A stretch of 64,000 nt of DNA from Candidatus Sumerlaeaceae bacterium (GCA_051003195.1 JBPCLP010000021.1:160001-224000); one strand, 5' to 3'; positions 39,501-47,929 are shown, numbered from the stretch's first letter. Numbers and translations: made by a program. The notes: generated by a model not told the origin, from the sequence alone.

Positions 39501-40187
39501 CCGATTTCGCTGCTGCTGAACACTGCCGCGTCAGGAACATCGACCAACGCAGGGTTCTTTGTCGACGTAACTGGTTACGACGGTGTTACCTCCGCCGGTC
39601 AATTTGCCGCATCCGGCGAGCTGCCTTATTTGAAAGTGCAGTTCCCACCACCTGGTTCTGAGGGCAACCTCATTGCTGGAAACTGCCGATCGGTGAAATT
39701 GGGTGACGTGGACACCGACGGCGACCTGGACATCATTATCGGCCAGGCAGGGCGCGGCAGTATCGCCACTGCCGGTTACATGAACCACATTCTGCTGAAC
39801 ATGATAAACCCGGCGAATTTCGCATCGCGTGACGTTCTGTCGGTCCGTGATCCTGGCGGCCCCATCCTGCGTAGTGTTGCGCCGGCAATGGCTGCACAGG
39901 GGCAGATTCTGACCGTTCTGCTGCGCGGCGACAACTTTGCGGGCAGGCCGCAGGTGGATTTTGGAGCCGGCATAACCGTACTTGAAACCAGCGCGCTGCC
40001 GATAATCAGCGACAGCATGACGGTACGCATCAGGGTGGCAGCAAATGCGCAAACCGGTAGCCGCGTTATCAAGGTGACCAATCCGGATGGCGAGTACACG
40101 TACAGCAGCAACAAGGCGTTCCAGGTAATCGACGCCAGCCTGATGGAAGTTACCGCCGTGCAAGAGGACTGGCAGCTTTATCAGTAA
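33522..40187 (+). CDS. Giant secreted protein: metzincin (M10-like) domain + TSP3 repeat + many FG-GAP/VCBS repeats + IPT/TIG domain
   Basis: Signal peptide; HEMGHAAGLAH..PTM; DADNDSIINILDNCVFVPNTNQLDIDNDAVGDVCD; repeated D[F/L/I][D/N]xDGD[L/I]D; final PILRSVAP..GDNF..VTNPDG; ends TAVQEDWQLYQ. Confidence 0.88.
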   Translation: MILFRNLLLALAALLFSGTAFSAGSFRYMKPDPGPRGDTFTDDELIAKRLRWPSAQSPIWTVYRDYSQIDPLTNERGVIVPGFNQDPFFPPYTQGRVMEVINNSISEWNDAGSNFNWSSSVVPSDFWSGFEPTLPRGPELWADLDGFNLITFQDPLTVIEPPTEDGAILGINSIFFFNQDVDLSDINNLPGFVASVYFTEFLSASLGIFITPEDIIRLRLTQQFYSAGSIIDSDIIFNQNLFYRIAPEDPPDDPAERERWNGFNDFIPFITDIEAVCTHEMGHAAGLAHSQLSMPTMAPFYNEDIWHGRNLDFDDKLSIKMAYQPLFSRLGKGAITGRVLNGDAFDGVIDETFDIFDFITDIENTPVFIGRPTADEYFGFDDISGVDEITSQVNRLRMFAVVHNSQKFRIGLGFNAVSQPDSRYFIPGLPSSLEELKRGDGEFLPPNGYALYVQPGFVVDEVTAFFSPIPELIPPEFYGGTFATNSYFQPGFGSVDDPNTPGDLQVQDNWLQFAFNQLGQFSLALAQSTFSLIDDFPQFPTQSYLTYRIIKNGVTTDVPNFQSNNIVTSGMVENDLANSAEGVSTIADSIVSTETIELGRFRADGLSTSSASDMRITVRMQNVTSSTIQAGLRFLIRPVVQGQNVHFFINGQEYDREAVLTGGAIPASFLYAPNENSELSGLATLSNPAGFITTPDKLIFADFTQISAFNQSNGNFFNYVPDNRELTNSAYAVVFNPRTLLPGAIVTFSTDVGYVRSNSSPVFDGPIAGPLDGVPGADDPFIYYPVDVTTNSVTTGIDILTNTGTPGGLSAGPTTPGGGGGGTNPLGDADNDSIINILDNCVFVPNTNQLDIDNDAVGDVCDQDFVTFTDISPIAPGSDRKDAIPNQPLYTLGATFGDLNNDGFPELALANGLPIVQTGAPVNRLYLNIASPSANEPGGRRYVDVTFGVDGIADTLDDRMPYLSVSSKDIRLADFDNDGDLDMFISNFETNENPTIGAGAQNFFFENIDVDDSTLNPSPDADSFGDAFFVDATNRWDPGILNFGPNVPYPHVYLVGNYFGSVTGFDVSTHSDVGDIDCDGDIDVVVSNANAFNDIIPSAGINTQEGTDPGTPIFLGGLRFSERVLINHTREPANPDFGPVPPGFPYRFRDETLGEDQVFGEAQDRMPPLKPEWATVSDTNAFDEVDYSNTQQVKLSHFFNSNALSINVFDKRNPNIVSNGDELPAGFPSPTNTWDGDDLSYINFDNNGDGVPDGIFGCFQYGFESWLAADDGTILNIGIPQGLPGDAPGAETDEKAVENDSSISGLVLDADYTGWNEMVSFNTTSNANHNVFTNRNGYSEADRGRIGSLAAFGGGARAAIDYFLFPGSVDVTRRREQYALTHFGRPRDALTDDLNSDGLPDIGVANDSVTTADIINLDVPPGNKTFYINQDYLAPQGGHTGWLEVNGNGPVGRSLITNELHTYALSFAAADFDLDGDIDLFSGTAGTVGNFYRNNQRTAGRGVTLPSVGSTASVYDAPLFIDQSYELLPPYFGLAFDPVTGSQPIANMTFGTALGDMDRDGDLDLVFANGGIFHPVGEYQMVFKNNSKPLNPGEHVFTPAGSPYTAPYLQSNPGNAPWLNNVAYRAYDVKFTDLNDDGSPDIFFSVNGASSRLYINVDSDDNTRNSAVDADSVPDGLFVEQDRLPGISDPRRLNGRRSAIGDINGDGHPDIVIANADNRDGAPNLVLINRIGAFGWGYFNSEEDTRIPQVSYSPSGQGQVLDDTVDVALVDVDNDGDLDIIFVNRASLSETVSPNFYPYCRLLINNGSGIFSEVTDAGHAGMFVDPSRRIIAPERWPMITRPGKWEGIVVADFGNRGEAGEDVNGNSVFPYKVIEETEDRNRNGFVDFTDTGSAGSGGAGSENGRRDVSFDLFFCNGDSASSSVLLMNGGAAGAFGNGTFTEETASRFAVNIPFPCFGGDAGDVNADGLQDLVLALDTSSNVTGGGNPPAAKIPISLLLNTAASGTSTNAGFFVDVTGYDGVTSAGQFAASGELPYLKVQFPPPGSEGNLIAGNCRSVKLGDVDTDGDLDIIIGQAGRGSIATAGYMNHILLNMINPANFASRDVLSVRDPGGPILRSVAPAMAAQGQILTVLLRGDNFAGRPQVDFGAGITVLETSALPIISDSMTVRIRVAANAQTGSRVIKVTNPDGEYTYSSNKAFQVIDASLMEVTAVQEDWQLYQ

Positions 40188-40217
40188 CTTCTAAATCGAA
40201 ATTGAATGAGCGTAATC

Positions 40218-40247
40218 GAGCGGGCCCAACCGGGCCCGCTCTTTTTT
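40218..40247 (+). terminator. Rho-independent terminator
   Basis: GAGCGGGCCC-AACC-GGGCCCGCTC followed by T6. Confidence 0.9.
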
Positions 40248-40290
40248 ACACCTGCTCGCTCACATTCGCGACTGTCTGTTTACGTCCCAG

Positions 40291-40383
40291 TGTGCCGAAT
40301 TAGTAATTCATTACCAGTTTGAGTGCGTAAGATGGGCTCGGTTCGGCACACAGAACCTAATTACGAACTAAAGGTAGACCACA
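40291..40383 (+). mobile_element. Mini-element type A (93 bp)
   Basis: CCAG|TGTGCCGAATTAGTAATTC...GTTCGGCACACAGAAC...AAGGTAGACCACA|CCTG. Confidence 0.85.
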
Positions 40384-40387
40384 CCTG

Positions 40388-40732
40388 TGTGCTGTTCCTG
40401 AAATTCGCAGGAGAATTCCGTCGGAATCTTTTTGCACCGAAGGTGCAGCGGAACACAGCCCAAGGTCAGGATTCTGGCTTTTTGGAATCCGCAACCCTTC
40501 AGGTTTTTTGCACCGAAGGTGCAGCGCAACACAGCCCAAAGTCAGGATTCTGGCTTTTTGGAATCCGCAGCCCTCAAGTTTTTTGCACCGAAGGTGCAGC
40601 GGAACACAGCCCAGGGAAAGGAGGCCACGGCTTTTTGTGGCCGACGCAGCCCTGGGTTACAGCATCCCATTGTTCGCGCCCTGAAGGGGCGCCGCAAACC
40701 GAAAACGAGCTACGAATCACTGGTCCACCAGA
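40388..40732 (+). repeat. Composite element type C: B-like ends enclosing ~75-bp tandem REP-like hairpin units
   Basis: TGCACC-GAA-GGTGCA at 40433, 40509 and 40584; GCGCCCTGAAGGGGCGC; ends at CTAG 40733; core repeated at ~51731-51860. Confidence 0.8.
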
Positions 40733-41857
40733 CTAGTAAAAGTTCCAGTCCCCAACTGCGCTTACAGCCGAAGGGCGAATCACCAGCAGGTTGCTGAATC
40801 CGCTGAATGAAGAGTCGAGCCCTCCGACAAAAAGCCGCGCCGGGTTCGACGTCGCGCCGGGTGCAAAGCTCTTTGTCGCGTCATCGAAACGCAGCGTCGA
40901 CAGGTACGACGCATTCGTCGTAGTGAAAGGGGAGGGTGAGCCGGTCCCCGTCAGCAGGTTCGCCGGCAACTGCAAGCTGTAAATCTTCGCGTCAGGAACA
41001 CCGAAGCCGCTGCCGTTGCCGCCAAAGAAAACCGTTCCACCTTGCGACACCGCCAGGTCCGCAATACCCGAAGGTATCGCCGCTGTGTCCACCAGTACGT
41101 GGCTTTCTCCGGCATCTATGTCAGAATCGGAGTTCGAGTTTACGAGGCCGTAGATACGCCCATCTGGAAACACCGACTCGCCAACGATGAGGTTTCCGGA
41201 ATTGTCGAATGCAACCCCCCCATTGTAGGAGAGGCCGCTGAAATACGATGCGCCGGGCGGACGAAATATCGGGCTGACACTGGTCGGATTGTCGACCACG
41301 AGAAGTTCCGCGCTGGTGCCGCCGTCCGCCGTCTGGATGACAAGCGATCCCGCTGGCATGGCCGAAGCATTACCCGGCGGTGCGATCGTCATCTGCGCTC
41401 CCGTAAAACCGAATCCGCTGTCGGCCAGTATCGGCGCGATCAGCAGCGTTATCTCGGATGGGTCCAGAAAATCACCGTCTGCATTCAGATCGCGTGCGCG
41501 GTAGATGCTCTGGCTCGTTCCATTTTCGGTCAGCGCGAGATCGCCATTACTCAATACGGCCATGCCGCCGACACTGCCGAATCCCACGGCAACCGTGGCT
41601 GTCGTGCCCGCAAGAGTATCGACCTTTAGAATGGACTGGCTGCCAAAAAACCCCACGGAAGCATACAACCGATTGGGAACATTCGAGTCGACGGCAAGAG
41701 CTCCGGCATAGGGTTGCCCAAGCTGTACAGAAGCCGATGTGTAGCCGGCAGGCAGTGAAAGCACTGTGACCGCTGCCGATTGAAGCGAGCTGCACATTAT
41801 GCAGCCGAGAAGTACACCAGCGACATGAAGTCGCCAGACGTGTTTAATCGTGAACAT
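40733..41857 (-). CDS. Secreted beta-propeller-like protein under a cobalamin riboswitch
   Basis: AAAGGA RBS, signal peptide; blade-like GGMAVLSNGDLALTE, GGVAFDNSGNLIVGE, ADLAVSQGGTVFFG; DLNADGDFLD loop; ends SAVGDWNFY. Confidence 0.75.
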   Translation of the reverse strand: MFTIKHVWRLHVAGVLLGCIMCSSLQSAAVTVLSLPAGYTSASVQLGQPYAGALAVDSNVPNRLYASVGFFGSQSILKVDTLAGTTATVAVGFGSVGGMAVLSNGDLALTENGTSQSIYRARDLNADGDFLDPSEITLLIAPILADSGFGFTGAQMTIAPPGNASAMPAGSLVIQTADGGTSAELLVVDNPTSVSPIFRPPGASYFSGLSYNGGVAFDNSGNLIVGESVFPDGRIYGLVNSNSDSDIDAGESHVLVDTAAIPSGIADLAVSQGGTVFFGGNGSGFGVPDAKIYSLQLPANLLTGTGSPSPFTTTNASYLSTLRFDDATKSFAPGATSNPARLFVGGLDSSFSGFSNLLVIRPSAVSAVGDWNFY

Positions 41858-42008
41858 GATTGATCCTTTAGTGACCTGCTCCGAGGTCAGAATGAGTGAC
41901 ACCTTCCCCTGGAACCAGGGCGACGCGTCGGCGCGAAGTGGCTGCTCCGCGCGCAGCAGCTGTTTTATCCTCCTCCCGCAGCCCAGGGTCGGCCGCGTCA
42001 AAATGCGT

Positions 42009-42205
42009 GGAGTCGGTCTTCTGACTTACGGATCGTCCTCAGCTCTGCGCCTTCCCAGTTGGCAATGGCACGTGCTGCAAATGCCATTTCCCACCAGTGG
42101 CTACTACGTGCAGGGCGTCGTCCCCGTTTACAGCGGCGGGCCCGCGCCGGCTTTTCACCGGCTTCCCCGGCAGGTTGGACTTTCGCCCTCTCTGCCAAAC
42201 TCCAC
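42009..42205 (-). promoter_or_regulatory. Cobalamin riboswitch
   Basis: Minus strand: GGGGAAGCCGGTGAAAAGCCGGCGCGGGCCCGCCGCTGTAA...GCCACTGG...CTGGGAAGGC...CGTAAGTCAGAAGACC (B12 box). Confidence 0.93.
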
Positions 42206-42413
42206 GGGCAGATGATCATCATTGCCTTTAGTGAGGAGCAACAAAGTTCTTGGTACCATCCGATCCAAATCGGATGACGTCGCCATCGAAGGAGAAGGCG
42301 GGCCAAATCTTTGACTTTTCGTACTTTACGCGCAAACAAGCAGCCAAAACTGAAGGCGAACGGGACATTCGCATATAGCATTCAAACACACACAACCAGG
42401 GAGCCACAGATCA

Positions 42414-44438
42414 ATGGCTGAAACAAAAGAACCCACGGAGCAGGCTACAGTCGAAACCGACGAACCCGGTGCAACCCACCAGGAAATGGAAACACGCGAG
42501 TTCCAGACGGAGGCTCGTCAACTGCTGGATCTGATGATCCATTCTGTGTACTCCAACAAAGACATTTTTCTGCGGGAGCTGATCTCCAACGCCAGCGACG
42601 CGCTCGACAAGCTGCGGTACGAATCGCTGACGAACTCCGGGCTGGAGCAATTCACCGTGGATCCGCATATCCGGATTGAGTCCGACCCGGCAGCGCGAAC
42701 AATCACAGTGAGTGACAACGGCATCGGGATGGATCGCGAGGAAGTCATCCGTTTCATTGGCACCATCGCGAAATCCGGAACGCTCGAATACGCCAGGCTT
42801 CTTCAGGACGCTAAATCCAGCGGCAAGGAAGTGCCTGCCGACCTGATCGGGCAGTTCGGCGTAGGCTTCTATTCCAGTTTCATGGTTGCCGATAAAGTGA
42901 CGCTGATCACCCGGCGCGCCGGCCAGGATACGGGAGTGCTGTGGGAGAGCACGGGCGATGGGAAGTACACGATTGGCGAGACAAATCGCTTCGAGCCAGG
43001 CACCTCTGTCACGCTGCACCTCAAGCAAACGGACGATGAAGACGGTGTGAAGGATTATACGCGCGAGTGGACGATTCGCGAGATCGTTAAACATTACTCG
43101 GACTTTGTCTCGTACCCGATCCGGATGAAGGTGCAGCGCAAAGAGATCGAGCGCGATGAAGACGGCAAGCCCAGGGAAGGCGCCGAGGAAAAAACGATCG
43201 TCGAGGACGAAACGCTCAACTCCCAGAAGGCGATCTGGACGCGTCCGGAGAAGGATGTCAGCGACGAAGACTATAACGAGTTTTACAAGCACATCAGCCA
43301 CGACTGGAGCGATCCGCTGAAGCGGGTGATCATTCGCGCCGAGGGGACGAGCGAATTCCGCGCGCTGATTTACATTCCCGCACGCGCGCCGTTTGACCTG
43401 TTTACGCGCGACTTCGAGAAGGGGATTCACCTCTACATCAAACGCGTTTTTATCATGAGCGACGCCAAAGATCTCGTGCCCGAGTACCTGCGATTCCTGC
43501 GCGGCGTGGTGGATTCCGAGGACCTCTCGCTCAATGTTTCGCGTGAGATTCTTCAGAAAGACCGCCACATTGCCACGATCCGAAAGGCTATCGTACGCAA
43601 ACTTCTCGACACGCTAAAGACGATGCGAGCTGACGAGAAGGAGAAGTTCGCGACGTTCTGGAAAGAGTTTGGGCGCGTACTGAAAGAAGGTTTGTTCCAG
43701 GACCAGGCGAATCGCGATGCCTTGCTCGAGATCTGTGGATTCGCGAGCACGGAAAGCAGCGTTGATCCGGACGTTGGCACCACGCTGGAAGAGTACGTTG
43801 CTCGCATGAAGCCGGACCAGAACACCATCTATTACATGACAGGGCCTAACCGTGCCGCCGTCGAGTCGTCGCCGCATCTCGAGGCGTTTCGAGACCAAGG
43901 CTATGAAGTGCTTATCCTTACGGACCCGGTGGACGAAGTCTGGACGCAGTCGCTGTTCGAACACAAGGGCAAGCGGTTCCAGAGCGTTGGAAAGGGCACG
44001 GCCGATATCGGCAGTGAAGAGGATCGGAAAAAGGCGGAGCAGGAGCGCAAGGACAAGGAGAAGGACTTCTCAAGCCTGCTGGAAGCGCTGAAGAGCAGGC
44101 TCGATGAGCACGTCAAAGAAGTGCGTTTGTCGGGGCGTCTCACTAGCAGCCCTGCTTGCCTGGTTGGCGAAGCATACGACATGAGCCCGCAGATGGAACA
44201 GCTCATGCGCGCGAGCGGGCAGGAAGTGCCGAAAACTAAACGCATCCTGGAATTGAATCCAGGGCACCCGTTGCTGGAAAAACTGCAGCAGATATACTCT
44301 GCCGATAGTAACGACGCACGTCTTGGCGATTACGCCGAGTTACTGTACGGCCAAAGCGTGCTTGCCGAAGGAGGTCAGTTGCCCGACCCCGGCGCGTTTA
44401 GCCGGAAAGTTGCCAATCTTATGACGAAAGCGCTTTAG
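42414..44438 (+). CDS. htpG: Chaperone HtpG (Hsp90)
   Basis: YSNKDIFLRELISNASDA, DNGIGM, IGQFGVGFYSSF, LNVSREILQ, LELNPGHP. Confidence 0.97.
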   Translation: MAETKEPTEQATVETDEPGATHQEMETREFQTEARQLLDLMIHSVYSNKDIFLRELISNASDALDKLRYESLTNSGLEQFTVDPHIRIESDPAARTITVSDNGIGMDREEVIRFIGTIAKSGTLEYARLLQDAKSSGKEVPADLIGQFGVGFYSSFMVADKVTLITRRAGQDTGVLWESTGDGKYTIGETNRFEPGTSVTLHLKQTDDEDGVKDYTREWTIREIVKHYSDFVSYPIRMKVQRKEIERDEDGKPREGAEEKTIVEDETLNSQKAIWTRPEKDVSDEDYNEFYKHISHDWSDPLKRVIIRAEGTSEFRALIYIPARAPFDLFTRDFEKGIHLYIKRVFIMSDAKDLVPEYLRFLRGVVDSEDLSLNVSREILQKDRHIATIRKAIVRKLLDTLKTMRADEKEKFATFWKEFGRVLKEGLFQDQANRDALLEICGFASTESSVDPDVGTTLEEYVARMKPDQNTIYYMTGPNRAAVESSPHLEAFRDQGYEVLILTDPVDEVWTQSLFEHKGKRFQSVGKGTADIGSEEDRKKAEQERKDKEKDFSSLLEALKSRLDEHVKEVRLSGRLTSSPACLVGEAYDMSPQMEQLMRASGQEVPKTKRILELNPGHPLLEKLQQIYSADSNDARLGDYAELLYGQSVLAEGGQLPDPGAFSRKVANLMTKAL

Positions 44439-44459
44439 GCACCCATGGGATAAATTAAG

Positions 44460-44488
44460 AAACGGCAGCCGATTTCGGCTGCCGTTTT
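44460..44488. terminator. Probable bidirectional terminator
   Basis: AAACGGCAGCCG-ATTT-CGGCTGCCGTTT between convergent genes. Confidence 0.85.
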
Positions 44489-44515
44489 GTACTTCGATGT
44501 TTATTTTTTGCTTGG

Positions 44516-45325
44516 TTACAAGTTCCGGTTTAAAAAGTCGAGCCCGCGCTCGGCGGCGGCCTTCTGCCCGCCCTCGCCGAATGGTACATGGCCTTCACCC
44601 GGCAGAATCAGCAGCTCGTTGCACAGCTTCTTTTTCCACATGAGTATGTGCAGTTTATGCGCCTCGGCAACAGGGACTGTCGGGTCGCATTCTCCGTGGA
44701 TGATCAAAGTCGGGGGCATATGCCTGAAGTTCGCAAACTGCGGAGGAATCCCGCCAGAGGTAGTGACGACTGCCCGGATGCGCGGGTCCTTAGAGGCGAG
44801 TGCGGTGGCCAGGTATCCACCAAGCGAAAGGCCGGCTACCCCGATGCGGTTTGGATCGACACCACACCCGAAGTTCTGTACGTAATTCACGGCCGCGGCG
44901 TTTACACCGAGCCATGCAGCAAAGGCACGAGGGTCTGGTAACTCGCGGGTGTCGGCATCGGGCGCTTGCAATCCTGGCGTGCCTTCAAAATAGTGGACGA
45001 AGAATACAGCGTAGCCTTCAGAAGCCAGCGCACGACAAACCATGCGGTAGCTGCGCGCATGACGATAAGCGCCATCCGAGCCGTGCAGGAAGATAACCGC
45101 CGGCGCTGAAGCACACTTCGGCAGGAAGTGCTCCACCATGACAGGGCATCCGCTTGGCGCCTGGAAACTACCGGCGCCCTGCTGAACGCCAAGGCCAAGG
45201 AACGCGCCAAGGATTCCCTGGGCGGGTGACGAAGTTGGTGACACGGCAGCACAGACAAGAGCAGAGGCCAGGACAGCGCCCCGAATGCCCAGCATCATTC
45301 GGATCGACATTGGAAAGACCTTCAT
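44516..45325 (-). CDS. Exported alpha/beta hydrolase (dienelactone hydrolase-like)
   Basis: LHGSDG, GLSLGG nucleophile elbow, IIHGECDPTVP, PGEGH. Confidence 0.88.
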   Translation of the reverse strand: MKVFPMSIRMMLGIRGAVLASALVCAAVSPTSSPAQGILGAFLGLGVQQGAGSFQAPSGCPVMVEHFLPKCASAPAVIFLHGSDGAYRHARSYRMVCRALASEGYAVFFVHYFEGTPGLQAPDADTRELPDPRAFAAWLGVNAAAVNYVQNFGCGVDPNRIGVAGLSLGGYLATALASKDPRIRAVVTTSGGIPPQFANFRHMPPTLIIHGECDPTVPVAEAHKLHILMWKKKLCNELLILPGEGHVPFGEGGQKAAAERGLDFLNRNL

Positions 45326-45459
45326 TTTAGTAATATTTCAAAACTGAAACCCTGTTGCGGGCCGCAAACCGGACCGTGTCAAGCAGATGTGGCCAAGTGA
45401 GAGCAAACTCTATACCGTCGCACTTGACGCGTTGGCGATTGCGCCGCCGGATCGCCCGC

Positions 45460-46485
45460 ATGGTTTATGAGCGCCTCCTCCGCCCTGTGCTGTTCCGCAT
45501 GTGGAACAGCGATGCCGAATCGGCCCATCACGCAACGATGCGCTGGCTCGTACGTGCAGGCGAGCGTCCGCTTTTAAGGAAGATGATCGAACAGGTGTTC
45601 ACAATCGAAGCACCATCGCTCCACCGTCAGCTTTTTGGACTCACGTTTCGCAATCCCGTCGGGCTCGCCGGGGGGTTCGACAAGAACGCACTCAGTTTGC
45701 CAGGTCTGGAGGCACTGGGATTCGGTTTTCTCGAAGTCGGGACGGTCACGCGCCATCCACAGCCGGGCAATGCGCGCCCCCGCCTGTTCCGCCTGCCGCA
45801 GGACGAAGCGATTATTAACCGCCTTGGGTTCAATAACGATGGCGCGGACGCCCTCGCCGCCCGCCTCGCCCAATCGCCGCGTAACCCCGTTGTTCCGATC
45901 GGAATCAGCATCGGAAAATCGAAAGCCACTCCGCCTGGGCAAGCCATCGAGGATTACGTCTATTCCTTTCGGGCATTGTTTGCGCATGGGGACTATTTTG
46001 CAATTAACGTGAGCTCACCCAATACACCGGGGCTTCGGCAGCTTCAGGACAAAGATGCCCTGGACGCATTGCTGGTTGCGCTTGGAGCCGAGCGCAGCCG
46101 TCTGGGACAAAAACCTTTTCTGGTAAAGATTGCACCGGATCTGGAACCTGCTGCGCTCGACGAATTGCTGCAGGTGTGTGCCGAGCGAAGTGTCGACGGA
46201 CTGATTGCGACGAATACAACTCTATCCCGTGAGGGGCTGCATGTGGCAATCAGCGAGGAGGGAGGGCTAAGCGGGCGTCCTCTGTTCACGCGCGCATTAG
46301 GGGTAGTGCGCCATGTCCGGTCTGCCTTGCCTCGGATGCCGATCATTGGCGTGGGGGGCATCATGTCCGGTTCCGACGCGCTTCAAATGATGGACGCCGG
46401 CGCAGATCTGGTCCAGATTTACACAGGGTTGATCTATCGCGGACCTGGGCTTGTGAAGGAAATCTGCCGAACGGTGCTTGCTTGA
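45460..46485 (+). CDS. pyrD: Quinone-dependent dihydroorotate dehydrogenase
   Basis: [54 protein letters not shown]. Confidence 0.96.
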   Translation: MVYERLLRPVLFRMWNSDAESAHHATMRWLVRAGERPLLRKMIEQVFTIEAPSLHRQLFGLTFRNPVGLAGGFDKNALSLPGLEALGFGFLEVGTVTRHPQPGNARPRLFRLPQDEAIINRLGFNNDGADALAARLAQSPRNPVVPIGISIGKSKATPPGQAIEDYVYSFRALFAHGDYFAINVSSPNTPGLRQLQDKDALDALLVALGAERSRLGQKPFLVKIAPDLEPAALDELLQVCAERSVDGLIATNTTLSREGLHVAISEEGGLSGRPLFTRALGVVRHVRSALPRMPIIGVGGIMSGSDALQMMDAGADLVQIYTGLIYRGPGLVKEICRTVLA

Positions 46486-46654
46486 GTTACCACCGGATCA
46501 GCGGCATTTTTTTCTGCTGGACTTGAATGACACAGGCTCAACTACTGAATAACCCTTATAGCTGGGCGCGTGCGGTGGAGTTCCGCATTATAGCGGAGCT
46601 CTGCTGGTTAAGTACTTAGAAGTTTTTTGAAGGCAGGCGGTAAAAGCGAAAAGT

Positions 46655-47929
46655 ATGGGTATTCTGTGTTTCGGGCTTAGCCATCGTACTGCCCCCCTGT
46701 CTTTGCTCGAGCGTGTAAGCTTCAGCACCGACGGGATGGATGCGTTTTTAAACACCCTTACCGCTCCTTCTGAAGTAAACGAGGCCTTTGGACTGTCCAC
46801 GTGCAACCGAACCGAATTCTACCTGCATGCGGGCAATGTGCACGAGGCGCTGGCGCTGCTGCTGTCGAGGCTGCACGATGAGCGGGGTGTGGACTTGCGT
46901 CCCGAAAGCAAACAAACGTATTTCTACGCGGATGAAGCTGCGATGCGCCATCTTTTCAGAGTGGCCTGCGGTGTGGACTCTCTCATCATCGGCGAGAACG
47001 AAATATTGGGGCAGATGCGCAAGGCGCGTGAGGCCTCCGCAGACGCGGGCTATGTAGGGCCAGTGCTGGATCCAATTCTACTGCGGGCCCTCGACGTAGG
47101 ACGCCGCGTTCGTCGCACGACTGCCATCAGCAAAGGCAATGTTTCGGTGGCGTCCGTCGCAGCCACCCTGGCGGCGCGGCACTTTCCCGACATCGCTGAG
47201 AAACGCGCAGTGGTTTTAGGTGCGGGAGAAACCGCGGAGCTTGCCTCGCGACACCTGGCCGAGCGCGGGATGACGCGTATCACGATTGCCAACCGAACAT
47301 ACGAACGCGCCAGGGACCTTGCGCACATCGTTGGCGCCCGCGAAACGGCATTTGAGCAGATCGGCGAAGCGTTGGCTGATGCGGACATCGTTCTTTGCGC
47401 TACGGGTGCACCGCACTTTATCATCAACGAAGCAATGGTACGCGCTGCAATGGAACGCCGCAATGGCCAGGCGTTACTATTGCTCGACCTGTCGGTTCCG
47501 AGGAACGTCGACCCGTGCGTCGCCGCTTTGGAGGGCGTGACCGTGCACAGCATGGAAAGCATGACGCAAATCGCCGAGGAGAACCGGCTGCAGCGTGAAG
47601 CGCAGGTGGAGCGAGTGGAGCAGGTTATTGGCGAAGAGATCGCCGCGTTCCGAAGCGCGGAGTTGTCGCGCGACACATCCAGGTTTGTCGCGGCGTTGCA
47701 CCGCCGTACCGAGCAGCTCCGCCGCGGGCATCTCGACCGCTATGGCCACTTTTTTGACGACCAGCACCGCGACCACCTGGAGTCCTTTACCTCCGGTCTC
47801 ACGCGAAGCTTATTGCACGAGTTGGTCGCGAATTTGCGCACGTTGGACCTCGAGACCGATGAAGGACGTCATCGCTTCCAGGTCGCCCAGGAGCTGTTTA
47901 ATATTACCCCTGATGACGGTGGCGATTAA
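46655..47929 (+). CDS. hemA: Glutamyl-tRNA reductase
   Basis: GLSHRTAP, STCNRTE, DSLIIGENEILGQ, GAGETA, DLSVPRNVDP. Confidence 0.96.
   Translation: MGILCFGLSHRTAPLSLLERVSFSTDGMDAFLNTLTAPSEVNEAFGLSTCNRTEFYLHAGNVHEALALLLSRLHDERGVDLRPESKQTYFYADEAAMRHLFRVACGVDSLIIGENEILGQMRKAREASADAGYVGPVLDPILLRALDVGRRVRRTTAISKGNVSVASVAATLAARHFPDIAEKRAVVLGAGETAELASRHLAERGMTRITIANRTYERARDLAHIVGARETAFEQIGEALADADIVLCATGAPHFIINEAMVRAAMERRNGQALLLLDLSVPRNVDPCVAALEGVTVHSMESMTQIAEENRLQREAQVERVEQVIGEEIAAFRSAELSRDTSRFVAALHRRTEQLRRGHLDRYGHFFDDQHRDHLESFTSGLTRSLLHELVANLRTLDLETDEGRHRFQVAQELFNITPDDGGD

Noticed and set aside
40429..40620. Tandem ~75-bp hairpin repeats as a mini CRISPR array
   Set aside because: The intervening sequences are near-identical rather than unique spacers, there are only three unit starts, and no cas genes are present
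42411..43568. 385-aa antisense ORF over htpG and similar long shadow ORFs (17498-18595, 52080-53060, 54584-55537)
   Set aside because: Expected by-products of GC-rich codon bias opposite or within well-supported genes; no motifs
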